From NCBI GenBank assembly GCA_965235115.1, contig OZ249436.1, forward strand, positions 45,324,001 through 45,388,000: a stretch of DNA of 64,000 nt, given 5' to 3'. The notes under the pieces were generated by a model. The model saw only the letters and a program-made list of their open reading frames with translations. It was not told the DNA's origin and made no database searches. Positions 37,693-51,025 of this stretch are shown here, piece by piece. The stretch is from Laetmonice hystrix (taxonomy: Eukaryota). Position 1 is the stretch's first letter. The number at the start of each line of letters is the position of its first letter. The position numbers and the translations under genes were made by a program.

Positions 37693-40600
37693 AAGGCTGG
37701 AAAGCGAGTTTCTATACGTATGGTCACACATTCGGTTCTGTGTACCCACTCACCAGGAGATTTGTAGTCAGGAAAACAGCAGGAAGTTGAACAAATAGAG
37801 ACCATGTTCTGAGGAGAGGGTGTTTGTGAAATGGTCCCCACTTGTCGAAACAAGTCGATAGCAGGCGCGGATTATGATTGTTTCAAGGGGGTGGCGAAGA
37901 GCCTTGGACAGCAGAGCCGTAGCCTGCCCAAAAATCCCAGGGGGGGGGGCAGTGTCCTCGCACATTAACCAGATGGGCCTACCGCGTGATAGCGCGTCAT
38001 TGCGCCGGTCGAGCTGGGGTCTGGGTTACAAATAACTGGAAATCCTATTACCCCCTTTGCCCCCTGCAGGCTACGGCCCTGACATTATGAATGTATTTGG
38101 GTTATATATGATAGTTCGATACCAGAAAATTGTACATTTGTGTTCTCAGAATGTAGGGAAATGAACTTTTCTTTCAATTGTTCTTCTGTGTGGGGGAGTA
38201 TGTACCCGATCCCGTAGCATTAGCCAGCTTTGCAGCTCCGGTGGTTGCAGGTATTTCATTGCGCCCATACTAAAAATACACACCTGATGGCTAAATATAC
38301 GTATAGATCGACAGGGACCTGCTCGATGTTTCATGCAGGCAAAGCTACACTTTTGCACACGTCAGTGAGTCGCAAAACACACGACCTAACAATAGAGCGT
38401 CTAACAAAAGTCTGCGACTGGCACTCGTATTTGCATATCAAATAGGTATCAAGACATGCATACGTGACTGCAATGTCTAGAGGGCGCTCACGTCACAATT
38501 TTGCTGGGCGGTTTCCAAAATATCTGTTTATGTTCACTAAAATAAATTTTACAGACGTAAAATGTCTATCAAAATTTGGGTTTAATCTTTACCTTTACCT
38601 TTGACTACTTTTAATTTTGCCGGAACGTTTTATCCTAGCATAACGTTGAGTGTATGTGCACATCCTTCTTGTCGTCCTCGACCTGGAGGTGGATATAATA
38701 AAGCAAGTAGCACCTCTATAGAAATGTAGGGAACTGCGAGGCGCCGGTCTCCACGTTCGGTCGTAGTCTGGAAACAGACGCTGTTGAAAACCTGACAGTA
38801 CGAAGAGTTCGGCTCGGTTGGTATGTGTGCACTTGGAGAGGTGAGGGTGTAACTCGGCGATAGGTGTGACACAACTCTTCTAAAGGGATCTAGCAATAGA
38901 ACCCGTACCCCGTCAGTGGGCTCAATCTGCGGCAAGGTTCCAAACCAGTTGACTCTCAATGGGCTGTCGTGCGTTTTCAGACGCCAGATCTTCGAACGGT
39001 AGGACTTGGACCAAGTCTCAAGGAGCAGTTCCCATTTTTTAGGTGTCCTGAGACACTCTAGTCCCAGAACTTGATTCCTCCGTGATCATCTCAGGTGCAA
39101 TCGGTCGCTGGAATAGCTCACAATACACTCAGTATTTTGACCCAAGCTTCTGAGTCCCGATTCTCTGTGGCAGTCTAAGCATAAATCAAGTATAACTTGA
39201 AAACTATCGTGATCTTATCGTTTGTTGTATCGTGATACGTATCGTATCGTGGCACAAGTGTATCGTTTCAGCCCTACTAAATCCCATGAAAGATAGGATC
39301 ACCTAACTATTTTTTACGAAACGCCATATATTTTAATCGATCTCTTGCAGACCGGCAGAAGACAATGCCTTTAGAAGGTCTTCCTATATATAGCTTGCCC
39401 CAGCTGAACACCTCAGACTCGCACTGGCTGTGCGGTAAAACTGGACTTCACACGGAAAGTCAATAGAAAACAACGTCTCGTGTCCATTTATTGACCAATA
39501 GAATTAGCCAAACGGTTGGAAATGAAAGGGGATCCTTTAAGTATGTCGAATTGTGGGTGGCGGCGTGGTGGGAGTTATGGTCAGTGGATCCTTCCACGGA
39601 GAGAAGAGAAAGTTCATACAGGCCAGGTGAGATGTCTGACAAAGATATGACGGCGAATTCGTCTAAATGATGTATGTTCTGTCCATCCTCACTTGCCGCA
39701 AAGACCTCTTTGGCTCAGCGACCAGTTCAAAGACGTCTTTCGTTCTTCGTGAAACGCACCCCAGGTGTCAATATCAAGGTCAATATTGGGGATCTATTAA
39801 TAGGCCCAATATTAATTTTCTAAAACTGGAAATCTTAGGGGGCAGTTGCCCCCTTGCCCCCTTGCCCCCCAGGCTACGGCCCTCGACAGGTCGAGCGCCG
39901 AAGGCGCGAAGCCTTGCTGGGGGGGGGGGGGTCCGGGGCACCCCCGATTTCTTTTTTAAATTAAGGTGCAATTTGGTGTCATTTGGTGCATTTTTGCGCA
40001 AAAAAGGCTATATTAAATTAAATGTCAAAAGTGTCCAGCAAAAAAAAAAAAAAAAAAAAAAACAGAGACAAGGTTCTGAGGAGAAAGTATTTGTGAAATG
40101 GTCCCCACTTGTCGAAACAAGTCGATAGAACAGATAGAGACCATGTTGTCAGGAGATAGTGTTTGTGAAATGGTCCCCACTTGTCGAAACAAGTCGATAG
40201 AACAGATAGAGACCATGTTTTTCTGGTAACCTTGCATTATAGATGCTTAAGATATTAAATTCTGTTTTGACTTTTGTTGGACATTACCGCAAAGGAATCA
40301 TGACATCTAGGACATCATGTGAAGTAAATTTATGACAGTAAAAATGTTTAACCATTGGTCCACACATTGATGTTGTGACATCTCAAACACAGTAAATTTC
40401 AATCCAAGAAACAGGTGGTGTGGAGGCGATGTAAAAACGCAACACATAAACTGGGGTGTGGTCAGGAAAGCAAATAAAACAGAGTTTTCTTTTCCATCTT
40501 CCAATCCGTGACCAAGCCAATTACACTGTCACTGTGGGGTGGGGGTGGGGGATCTATGCCGGTCTACTGTAGTTAGGTAGTAGATAGGACATTAATTTTT

Positions 40601-40786
40601 ATGGCGTAACAAGTTTTAATTGGCAATAGAGGTATGCTTTCAAACAATCTACCTGGAGCACCAGGAGACAGGAGCATCATTTAAAGGGAGGGAAAACCCA
40701 CACGGCAAATAAGGATTCGTAGACCAAATGAAACACCAGCATTTACCTCAGGGCAACAAACGCCACAATTACGTTGTCTGAATGAA

Positions 40787-41035
40787 GTAATTAACGTGTA
40801 ACCGCCTGATGTATGACGCCGCTGGTTCTTACCTTGACCTGCTTGTGTGTTCATCAGGACCGAATGCTGCACACCGCGGCATATTGCGTAACATATAAGT
40901 GTTACTCTGCTCACAGACCTTGTCTACACGATGTTTGGAGTCCCAACGTTTGTAAACGTCCGAGGTGATGAACATACAAGCAGGGCAAGGTAAGAACCAG
41001 CGGCGTCACACATCGGGCAGTTACACGTTAATTAC
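40787..41035. mobile_element. Foldback/MITE-like element with about 70-bp inverted arms
   Basis: gtaattaacgtgtaaccgcctgatgtatgacgccgctggttcttaccttg vs caaggtaagaaccagcggcgtcacacatcgggcagttacacgttaattac. Confidence 0.75.
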
Positions 41036-42350
41036 TCCGATAGGCAGCTTGATATTACATTGCAATACTTCTTTCAACTTCAACTTGAAGTATAAAGGCA
41101 ACAATCAAACTCTTTACAACTTTACAAGGTATGATTATATATAATAAATATTTCAAGAAACTATGACACGAGTTCTGAAAATTTACTAGAGTAAATACCT
41201 CGATGTTTTTAATATCTGGTGAGATTGTGTCTCAAAAATTGCTGTTCCAGACTTAGGTGTAATAACGCACTACCTGGTTTTACTTGAGCAGGTGGTCAAT
41301 TGGACACAATTTTAATTTTGGTCTTATGTAAAGACTACTTGAGATATCAATTTGAAAATTTCAACAGATGAAAACATCAATGTGCTTACTTTTTCATAGG
41401 GTTTTTGAAATTTTTAACGTCGCAGTATTTTTAATGCCCACCTGATATAGACAAGCAGTTGAAGAGATGATTAAAGTAGATCTGGTTTCTAGCTTTGTTG
41501 AATGTTTTTGAATAGCGAATAAGTTGATTATCAGCGTAAAGAGTCACACCATAACCGCAAAACGCAAAATGTAAAAACACTCGAGATTTGTAATACACGG
41601 TGTCAAATACCGCGTGTCCGTGCTATGTCAGTGGTGTTTTCAACTTCCGTGCATGGCTAAACGCTGCAGCCCGAGCGGTCCTAATTAAATTGATCCCGTA
41701 CAGTTCGTGCCTACATGTAGAAATCAGCAGTATTCAAACAGTGCTGCTCCTAGGGATTTTGAAAAAGGGACCAGATCCCCCGCTGACTTTGAAAAAAATA
41801 CCCCCATCAGAATGGTTTGTCGGCCAAGTTTGAGGCATCAATTTCAGGGGAAAACACCCTTTCAATGCCTACTTTTGCATTACCGTTTTAAGTGAAGTTG
41901 CTTTATTAATTACCGCTGTATTATAGGAAATTTCCGAAAGAAACAATCTTTTATTTAAAAATTGTATTCTATTCTCTCATTCCCCTTCCTATTTAAGTTA
42001 ACAAAAGACGAACCAGTCGTGGAAGTCAGTCCTTTTCTGTTCATTTTTGCATTACTGGTCTAAAGTCAAAGTCTCCAATATAAATCCCAGAAAGAACCAT
42101 AAGTTTAAACAGTTAAATATCTAGATGGACCAACGGTCGAGACGGCCGAGGTCTTCCTTCAGACATGCCGCAGCAGTGGCTGGTGTCTTGTCACTGTCGT
42201 ACAAGCATAGAGTATTTGCAGTGCTAGAACAACTAAAATAAGTCACTAATAAAGGGTACACAAGAGTAGGCCCAGTGTTGATGCTTGTCGGACTCTAAAT
42301 TCAACTTCATTTTCAACAAGCATTCAATTGTGATTAGACCTAACTAAACG

Positions 42351-43766
42351 CTAATCGTTGTCCCCTGAGAACATGGTCTCTATCTGTTCTATCGACTTGC
42401 CTTTCGTTTCAGGCAGCAATGACACCATCGCCATGATTGAAAATAAATTAATTGCAGCAAGATTCCAAAATGCAACAGAATCCGTAATTATCGATATAAG
42501 GTAGGGAAAGCTCTGAGTCAGGATAAAACCAAACAAAAATGAAATAACCAGTGACACGCTGACTATGAATGCTCGACTTTTGTTTGGTACTATTTCAGTT
42601 CTGACCAAAGGTATCGCAGGACCAACGCCCATCCGGAAGGAAACGCCGTATGCGACCAGACAGACGAGGGACGCCCACTTCATGGCTGTCGGATGAAGAG
42701 AGTTTTTGAAGTAGCAAACAAATCCCAAGGTGGCATAGCTCATCGTCAGTATAAACAACGAAACGATGATGATGGTACGTCTACCTATCTTGTCGATTAC
42801 GAAAATGGCCAGGAGCCCTGCTGCAAACTGAGCAACGCCAAACGTAATCGTCGGCATCCAAACGTCACCATTCCAGCCCAGACGATTGATGATGACGTCA
42901 TAATAGGACAGGATGACGGGTATCCCAGTTGCCTGATACACAATAGAAACAGTGAGGGAAATTATGGCTGGTTTATATGAACCTGGTTTTCTGAAATTGC
43001 GACAGCAGAATTTTGAGGTAGAGGAGAGAGCAGAATCGGCGGATGATTTCATTTCGTTGAACTCCTCGTCGATATCCACATGACGCCCTCGTAGCTCTAT
43101 GAGCGCTGCATGAGCTTCGTCCTTTCGATCCTTTAACAGAAGCCACCTCGGTGATTCTGGCAATCTGAGTGTGCCAAGAAGAGAGGTGGTAGAAATGACG
43201 GCTCCAATGAGGGCTAGGTATCGCCATGGAATGAAGGCACCAACTGTCAGGTTGACTAGAGTACCCCCAGACAGCATAACATCAGCAACTATGGCCAGGA
43301 TACCTCTCCATCGTCCTGTAGTTGTTTCACAGATATACATATAGCCAGAAGTGTTAAAGAGTCCACCTCCAACTCCAGTCAGTATCCGGCCCACACACAG
43401 CACGGTGATGTTGGTGGAGGCTGCTATCAGTGACCAGCCAAAGGCGCAGCTAAAGGATAAGATGATGTTAGTGAGTTTACGTCCAAAACCATCCAGGAGT
43501 GGTACTCCGATGGCACATCCCAGTGACACACCGATCATAGAGCTGGAGGCGAAGACGTAGAGCTGGTCAAGCGTGACCATTCCTTCGTCTGCCATGACCA
43601 GCCCACTGACTGCTGTGAAAGCCAACAGCTGGCCACATGACACGCCGTTGCCACAAACTGTCAATGCTGGCAAAAGTTGTTCCCAGATTCCCTTCGTGGT
43701 ACTTTTCTGGGAATTCAGCGGCGACCGTTCTGTTGTAGTGATCATAACGTATAACGAATAGACCAT
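42351..43766 (-). CDS. Intronless Tret1/GLUT8-like sugar porter copy 3 (471 aa), inverted and more diverged at both ends
   Basis: Intact ORF with the same motifs (PESPRWL, DKIGRR, PETKGKSIEQIE). Confidence 0.9.
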   Translation of the reverse strand: MVYSLYVMITTTERSPLNSQKSTTKGIWEQLLPALTVCGNGVSCGQLLAFTAVSGLVMADEGMVTLDQLYVFASSSMIGVSLGCAIGVPLLDGFGRKLTNIILSFSCAFGWSLIAASTNITVLCVGRILTGVGGGLFNTSGYMYICETTTGRWRGILAIVADVMLSGGTLVNLTVGAFIPWRYLALIGAVISTTSLLGTLRLPESPRWLLLKDRKDEAHAALIELRGRHVDIDEEFNEMKSSADSALSSTSKFCCRNFRKPGSYKPAIISLTVSIVYQATGIPVILSYYDVIINRLGWNGDVWMPTITFGVAQFAAGLLAIFVIDKIGRRTIIIVSLFILTMSYATLGFVCYFKNSLHPTAMKWASLVCLVAYGVSFRMGVGPAIPLVRTEIVPNKSRAFIVSVSLVISFLFGFILTQSFPYLISIITDSVAFWNLAAINLFSIMAMVSLLPETKGKSIEQIETMFSGDND

Positions 43767-44193
43767 GCACTGGGGGTGGCTGTTTGATAGTGCGGCGGGT
43801 TATATACCCTATCTGATCAACTAAAATGATGGAGGAAAGTTATAGAAGAAAAATAACTCAAAGACAACTCAGGGCGCATTGTTCCAAAATATGCGTCGAC
43901 CATCCATTATGAAACTAATTTAGCCATGTAATGTCTTACGTAAATAAAATGATGGGGGAAATGATAAAATAAATGTACATGTACCTTAAAAAAGACACTC
44001 AGGGTGCATTGTTCGAAAACGTCCATTAATCTTCCTAGCAATGTAGTGTCTTATATAAATACAACGATGAGGGAAGATTATAGAAAAAAGGTAGTTTAAT
44101 ATAGTTAAATCTAAACTCTATTATATTGCAAATATCCCGATATATATAATATATAATATTTATCTCTGCTATATAATCTGACTCTATACCACT

Positions 44194-44390
44194 AGCCCGC
44201 CACACACCCCCGCACACTATACGACTCGAGTCATAAGCCCCCTCACACTGAGATCCGACTGTGGGTGACTGTGATCCGATTCAAAATTCGGCGTAGGCGA
44301 GTCGTAGGCGAGTAATAAGCAAGTCATAAGCGGGTCGTAAGCCCCAGAATGCGATCGGATCATAGGACAATCGTACAGTGTGCGGCGGGC
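44194..44390. mobile_element. MITE-like element
   Basis: Inverted ends ccgcacactatacga / tcgtacagtgtgcgg. Confidence 0.55.
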
Positions 44391-47139
44391 ATAAGAATGC
44401 TGAGGTTTTCTTTCAGCATTCCTTTACATTGATCTTCCAATTTGAAAACGGCCAAAATAACATTGTATATTTTATTGGATTTTTAATGCCTTTTTTTTGG
44501 GGGGGGGGGGGGGGGGGGCTTGTTCCCAGTCATTATTGGGGAAACCCCCTAGTTCACAAATTAAGATTGAAAACTTTTCTCAGGTTTTCTTGTGTGTTGG
44601 GCGGGGGTGTTAATGCCCCGGGTGTCTCTTCATTGGGGGAGAGGATTGGAAAAAGGAAGATGTCTTATCCGGGTCTTTCGACGTTTGAAACTCACTGCGT
44701 TTGGGTGATTGGTCGGCGGGCCCGCCAAATTTGCAAGTTTTTGTGAAATATGTTGCGAAGTACGTTTATGAAGGAGAAACGAGGATGGCATACAGCGCAG
44801 GCTCGTACTCTGGAGACTTCGACCCTACTGGTTTCGGATTGTGGGAAAAGAAATCGTTTTCCCACAATGCAGTGGTGCATTTATGTCTACATACGCCATA
44901 GTGAAGAATAGAAATGCAGTTAAGGAATATAAATAGTCAAGCAAAGTAGTGTAGCTTGTTCCTACCTACAATCCTGTGATGGTCTGATCTTTAATAAAGG
45001 AATAATCAACTGAAATGTAGCTAGGCATTCTCCCGCTGGCTTCGTCTGCTTGTCTGCCCTACTTGTCCGCGAATTGTTATGTGGCCGCCAGGCGGAACGA
45101 ATCACGCAGATTCCCAGCCAGGGTGACGCTATTCCCAAGTAGGCCTACCGCCGCGATTCCACTAGCCTGGCCCCCAGCTCTATATTGACTACGTATATTG
45201 AGCCTGGTGAAGGCTAATCGAAGCGAGCATTCTGATTGGCCCATCGAAAACCTGGACGCAAATGAGGTAGTTCCGTACCCTACATATTTCTCCAACAAGA
45301 TACAGATATTTTCGTCAATCCCTTTAAAATACAAGTGTTAAATGTCCTCGCTTTTCTGGAATTAAACATAGCGTCATCGGTCCCCACACCTGCTACGGTC
45401 TGCATACGCATGGGCATGTTGGCCACTCCCGGCCACGCTCCAAGCAGAAGTCGGTCACTCAGTTAACGCTGACCAACGGAACGGAAGCGGAAGTGCTTGG
45501 AGATTAATCACTTCTGTTTCACGGCTTTTGGTCAGCCAGCACCTGGCCTAACATAGCGGATGGGTATGGTAGGCACAGGGGACCAGGCTACGATTCCACT
45601 TTTACCAGAAACATGCCTATGTTGGCGACAGATTCATTGACGATTTCAGAGAGGGTTGCAAACGATAGACGCACACAAACTCTGTATTCGTTAAAAGAAA
45701 AGACCATCACCAGTCTGTTTTGGCCAGGCACACATGCCGTGATATTCTAAGCAAGTTAAAAAATATTTGAACACAATTGGTGCTCAGATGGTTAAGATAT
45801 AGGCACTTTAGTGCCGGAGGCTTCTTACAACCTGCTCAGCTGGTGAAGGCCGCCATTCCTTGGGCTAATCTCAAAGTACGCATGCTCGCCCTAGGCGAGC
45901 ATGCGCAGCACGACTGCTCTCCAGTTTGGGAGGAACTGAAAGCTGACACACCTGTTGCGTTGATCGATTTGGAAGGCAGCGAACGTTGACAGCTTATAAG
46001 CAAAATTTGTTAGAACATAGACGAACACCATCGATAGTGATGAGGAATGGCTATAGGAAAAGCCTACCGATGTCAGGGGACATATCAGGGTGGACACGGA
46101 TCTGGGCAGCCGTGGGTTATGGCCGCCTGCATTCGTCCCACTTGGATTCGTGCATGCGTGGGATGTTGACGGCAGCTCTGGCCCCTGAGGCCGGGCGCCA
46201 CTCTGACTACGACCGCGAGCAATGGCAGTGTCAGCATGATCAGCACAGACCTGCTGCGTTTAGTTGTGACTGTGACTGTGACTGTGGGACTGACCCCCGT
46301 CGATTTGCCACCCGCCTCGGCTGCCTTTAGCCTAGCCTAGTATTATAAAATATAGCCTAGCCCTGGCATGCAAAAGATTAGCCCTGGAACGTCACTTCCG
46401 GTCAGCCCAATAGCAACAAATGGCTGCGCTGCTGAAGCCAGTGATTTTTGACACGGTTGTTATGTTCAACATATGACTTCTTGGAATAGGGGGACATTTA
46501 TTTCCAACCACTACTCTGAAAGGTGAGTGCATATGGAGGCCTTGCAGCTGTCCAAATGTGATTTTTGACTGGTCTTCTCCTTTAACATGCCCCAATAAGG
46601 GTGCGAAGAGAGAGAGAAAAAGGTGTCTGCTGTCACCGGTAAGGGTACACAGTCAGTAGTGCAGTCGTAGTGAGTCAGTGTCCGATGAAGCCAGTGACGG
46701 GGTAACGCGTGTGAAAATAGCGCATGACCCATACCGTATTTTTAAAAGTCGCCTTAGACAGTGTTCCACTTATCGGCGCGATCTAAGACACTTCACATGG
46801 TGTTACTGGTGTTCAAAGGTACGTTAGTGAGGAACTTCGCCTGCCTCTCTAAGGAAAATGAAATGAAATGATACACAATCTCTGATAATGTAAGTAATTA
46901 TTTTGCGAGTAGCAGTTAACTGCAGCTGGCACGTGTCCATGTTGACACTGACAGGTCGTTTCGTCTACTAACACTGCCGCCAGAACGATTGACGGCGTTC
47001 TTTAGCTTCTTGCATGAGATTAGACGTTTGTTTGGAGGATGTTTCATCGACAGAAGGCAAGCAAGGACTTGGAATTACTTTTGATACGAAGGACAAACAT
47101 GAAGAGCTTTTATCGGCACTCTACGGGGGTGAGTTGGTG

Positions 47140-47480
47140 TGAGTGAATGGCAGGTTTTACGCCGTGTCGACAGTATTTCAGTCATATTCAGGGCGATAGG
47201 AACCAGTTCAGTTAAGGGGGAGATGAGGATGAAGAGAGAGAGAGAGAAACCTGCCACCGGGAGGCAATCCCCTACTCTTCTCGAATGACAAGGGTTCTTT
47301 TATATGTCCAGTCGCACAGACACGGCTCGACATACCAAAGCCTTTGATAACCCACTTGCAGAGAACTGGGGAGGGCCAATGAGAAAAATGGTACTTGAAG
47401 AATGCAAATCCATCCGTGCCACGCAGATAATTCTGCAATCCGACACTCGACCATTTCCCTACACCAGCCCTCGCCCCATT
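47140..47480 (-). mobile_element. SINE-like interspersed repeat
   Basis: The core cccctactcttctcgaat...gggttcttttatatg...cataccaaagcctttgata resembles, from memory, invertebrate SINE bodies; its tail is similar to the ggttttacgcc tail of the 30.4-kb SINE. Confidence 0.5.
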
Positions 47481-47937
47481 TGTCGCCTTTTACGAACAGC
47501 TAGGGTTGGATGAGACGAGGACCATGCATTGATTGATTGATTGATTGATTAAGATTTATTTGCAACTAAGGGTTGGATTTGACATACAAAATTAAAATAA
47601 CAACCAACGACTAACCAATAATTACAAGCACACGCTAAGAACATACATTAAAAATATACAAAAACACTATATAAATAAAAAGTTGCAAAAATACAAAGAG
47701 AAAAAAGATCATTTCAATACAAAGAGAAAAAAAGATCATTTCAATGAATGGCATGGATCATCATCATCACGGAGCACACACGCCCATCACGCCTGTCGGG
47801 CCGGTCCCCCTCGTTCTCCGTGTCTGTTGAGACTCGTCGGCCAATGCAATGGCAATGAGTGTAGGGGTTCATGGGCGGGGGAGGAGGCCCGGGTGTTGGC
47901 GGTGGACCCGGGAGGGCCGTGCTCACTGGCCGATGAT

Positions 47938-48587
47938 TGGGCAGGATACTGACTGGAGTTGGAGGTGGACTCTATAACACTTCTGGCTATATGTATATCT
48001 GTGAAACAACTACAGGACGATGGAGAGGTATCCTGGCCATAGTTGCTGATGTTATGATATCTGGGGGTAATCTAGTCGACCTGACAGTTGGTGCCTTCAT
48101 TCCATGGCGATACCTAGCCCTCATTGGAGCCGTCATTTCTACCGCCTCCCTTCTTGGCACACTCAGATTGCCAGAATCACCGAGGTGGCTTCTGTTAAAG
48201 GAGCGAAAGGAGGAAGCTCTTGCAGCTACGAGGGCGTCATGTGGATATCGACGAGGAGTTCAACGAAATGAAATCATCCGCCGATTCTGCTCACTCCTCT
48301 ACCTCAAAATTCTGGCGTCACAATTTCAGAGAACCAGGTTCATACAAACCAGCCATAATTTCTCTCGCTGTTTCTATTGTGTATCATGCAACCGGGCTAT
48401 CCGGCGTTTCCTTCCGGATGGGCGCTGGTCCTGCTACACCTTTGGTCAGAACTGAAATAGTACCAAACAAAAGTCGAGCATTCATATTCAGCGTGTCACT
48501 GGTTGTTTCATTTTTTGTTTGGTTTTGTCCTGACTCATAGCTATCCTTACCTGAGTATCATAATTAGGGACGCTGTTGCATTTTGGA
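47938..48587 (+). pseudogene. Tret1-like fragment (copy 4), truncated at both ends with internal deletions
   Basis: Aligns to copy 2 from GRILTG to VAFW. Has an 11-nt deletion near 48228 and a 270-nt deletion near 48403, and ends in a GA microsatellite. Confidence 0.85.
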
Positions 48588-48620
48588 TGCAGAGACAGAG
48601 AGACAGAGAGACAGAGAGAC

Positions 48621-48668
<48 letters not shown>

Positions 48669-49013
48669 AAAGAAAAAAAGAGAAAAGGTGAACTTGGTCG
48701 TGGTCGACTCGATACGTTCATCCTACCGTTCGAAGATCTGGCGTTTGAGACAACACGTGATAACCCAGTGATAGCCGCCATACTATGCCACAGATTGATC
48801 CACTGACGGGGAACGGGTTATGTTGCTACATCCCTTTAGAAGAGTCGTACAACACTTTTCTCAACCTTGCACCCTCTCGGCTCCAAGTGGACACTTTGTG
48901 ACTCATCATACTGTCAGTTTTTGAACCATCAGCACGTGTTGCCAGACTGGCTACAGGTCTGACCGTGGGTATTTAGTCAGACTTGCGGTCAGTCAGGCTT
49001 CCAACTGTGTTAA

Positions 49014-49208
49014 GCCGCTTTCACATGCACACGGTTTGCGGCGTGCGGCGTGCGGCGTGCGGCTTGCGTTTTTGCAGAAATGGAACAACTGAAAATAGAT
49101 ATAACCGTTCACATGCTCCCGGTTTGCGGTGTGCGGCGATTTACATTGGCTACATTATTAACAAACACGCATGCCGCATGCCGCACACCGTATGCATGTG
49201 AAAGCGGC
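49014..49208. mobile_element. MITE flanked by TTAA
   Basis: TIR GCCGCTTTCACATGCA(C/T)ACGG...; TTAA on both sides. Confidence 0.8.
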
Positions 49209-50011
49209 TTAATAGTTTTGGGCCGTGGTTTTACATGGCCAGAGCACTGGCACAAGTCGTTGACAAATAGTCCGCGTAGGTACTTCCCTTCCATAATGCT
49301 GTGGACTGGACCTGATTACACCTGAGCGATAATAGATATTTTTTTCTTACTCAACGTGATCCAGTAAGCATACGACAATATTGTGTGCCTAATAGATTGG
49401 GCTCCCAATTCCGTCTTTTTCCCTGTTAAATAAATGATTACTGAAACCTAACAGAAAACCTGATAAGTGCTTGTATACATTACTATGCATAATTATCACC
49501 GGTACAATTTAGTCTCCCCCTGCTGACAATGCTCTACTTGGCTTCTTTACGGCAGGAACATGCAGGGAACCAATAGAATGAGTAAATCAGCGACCAGAAC
49601 AGTATGTGTTCGCTCATGGTCGATGGTCAACTTGTTTCCACTTAGGGTTACATAACGTGACCACATGGGCTAAATGAACAAAAGGGCAAGGGGGTGCAGG
49701 GGCGCACGCTCCCCTTTTTTGAAGAAGTGACAAAAATTATTGGTAGGCTATCCGTCAAAATTTCTATCTCCAGATGCCAGGAAATAGCATTTTTTTGCCT
49801 TCTAAATTCAAAAATTTTCTTGGGGAGGTGCCCAGAGACGCTCCCCTGCAGATGCCTTTGGCGCTCGAGGGCGTCCCCCATTTGCAGTGCTGTATCCGCG
49901 CCTGTTCTGTACACATGTGCTCTTTGAGAAGACCCTCATGACATCCTGGCCTGCGCCTGGGTCATAGTAAGCTCTGAATGTCAAACGCTAGATGTACATT
50001 GGTCGAACAAC

Positions 50012-50310
50012 GTCAAGATGCTGCTGATTGGCTGCGCGGCAGGACAAGCGGCACAAAGCTTGTCAAGATGTTGTTGATTGGCTGCGCGGCAGGACAAGCG
50101 GCACACAGCTTGTCAAGATGTTGCTGATTAGCTGCACGGCAGGACAAACGGCACAAAGCTTGTCAAGATGTTGTTGATTGGCTGCGCGGCAGGACAAGCG
50201 GCACAAAGCTTGTCAAGATGTTGCTGATTGGCTGCGCGGCAGGACAAGCGGCACACAGCTTGTCAAGATGTTGCTGATTGGCTGCGCGGCACGACAAGCG
50301 GCACAAAGCT
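50012..50310. repeat. 50-bp tandem array, 6 copies, most units with a CCAAT-box-like gattggctg
   Basis: Units start at 50012, 50062 and every 50 bp to 50262. Confidence 0.93.
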
Positions 50311-50491
50311 CGGCGTGTATTGGAGATTACTGATCTGCATGCACGTATACTAGCGTCTAGTTACGGGCATCGTTTGAATATATGAAAGATGTCTTTGGCA
50401 AAGACGTCTTTGTAAAGATGTCCTTGCAGCGACAGTTTTGAGCTGGTGCTAGTGAAACAACACCTCGCTAGCAAAGACCACTGACTGTTTC

Positions 50492-51004
50492 CTTGATATC
50501 AACGAGCGCTTTCATGGTATCAACGAGTTTCCATGGTATCAACGGGAGTTTCCATGGTATCAACGGGAGTTTCCATGGTATCAACGGGAGTTTCCATGAT
50601 ATCAACGAGTTTCCATCTATCAACGAGAGTTTCCATGGTATCAACGAGTTTCCATGGCATCAACGACAGTTGTCATGGTATCAACGGGAGTTTCCATGGT
50701 ATCAACGAGTTTCCATGGTATTAAAGAGAGTTTCCATGATATCAACGAGTTTCCATGTATCAACGAGAGTTTCCATGATATCAGCGAGTTTCCATGGTAT
50801 CAACGAGAGTTTCCATGGTATCAACGAGTTTCCATGATATCAACGAGTTTCCATGATATCAACGAGTTTCCATGGTATCAACGAGAGTTTCCATGGTATC
50901 AACGAGTTTCCATCTATCAACGAGAGTTTCCATGGTATCAACGAGTTTCCATGGTATCAACGACAATTTCCATGGTATCAACGAGACTTCCCATGGTAAC
51001 AACG
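50492..51004. repeat. 19/21-bp minisatellite (ccatggtatcaacgagagttt) beginning about 20 nt after the GC stop codon
   Basis: Direct reading. Confidence 0.93.
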
Positions 51005-51025
51005 CTATCCTTACTGAGAGTAGTT

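Noticed and set aside
37302..37853. Ser/Leu and Glu/Arg repeat ORFs (also at 48.5 and 52 kb)
   Set aside because: Translations of GA microsatellites
45640..46330. Protein-like but stop-interrupted frames, possibly a decayed transposase
   Set aside because: No motif I can name; needs BLASTX
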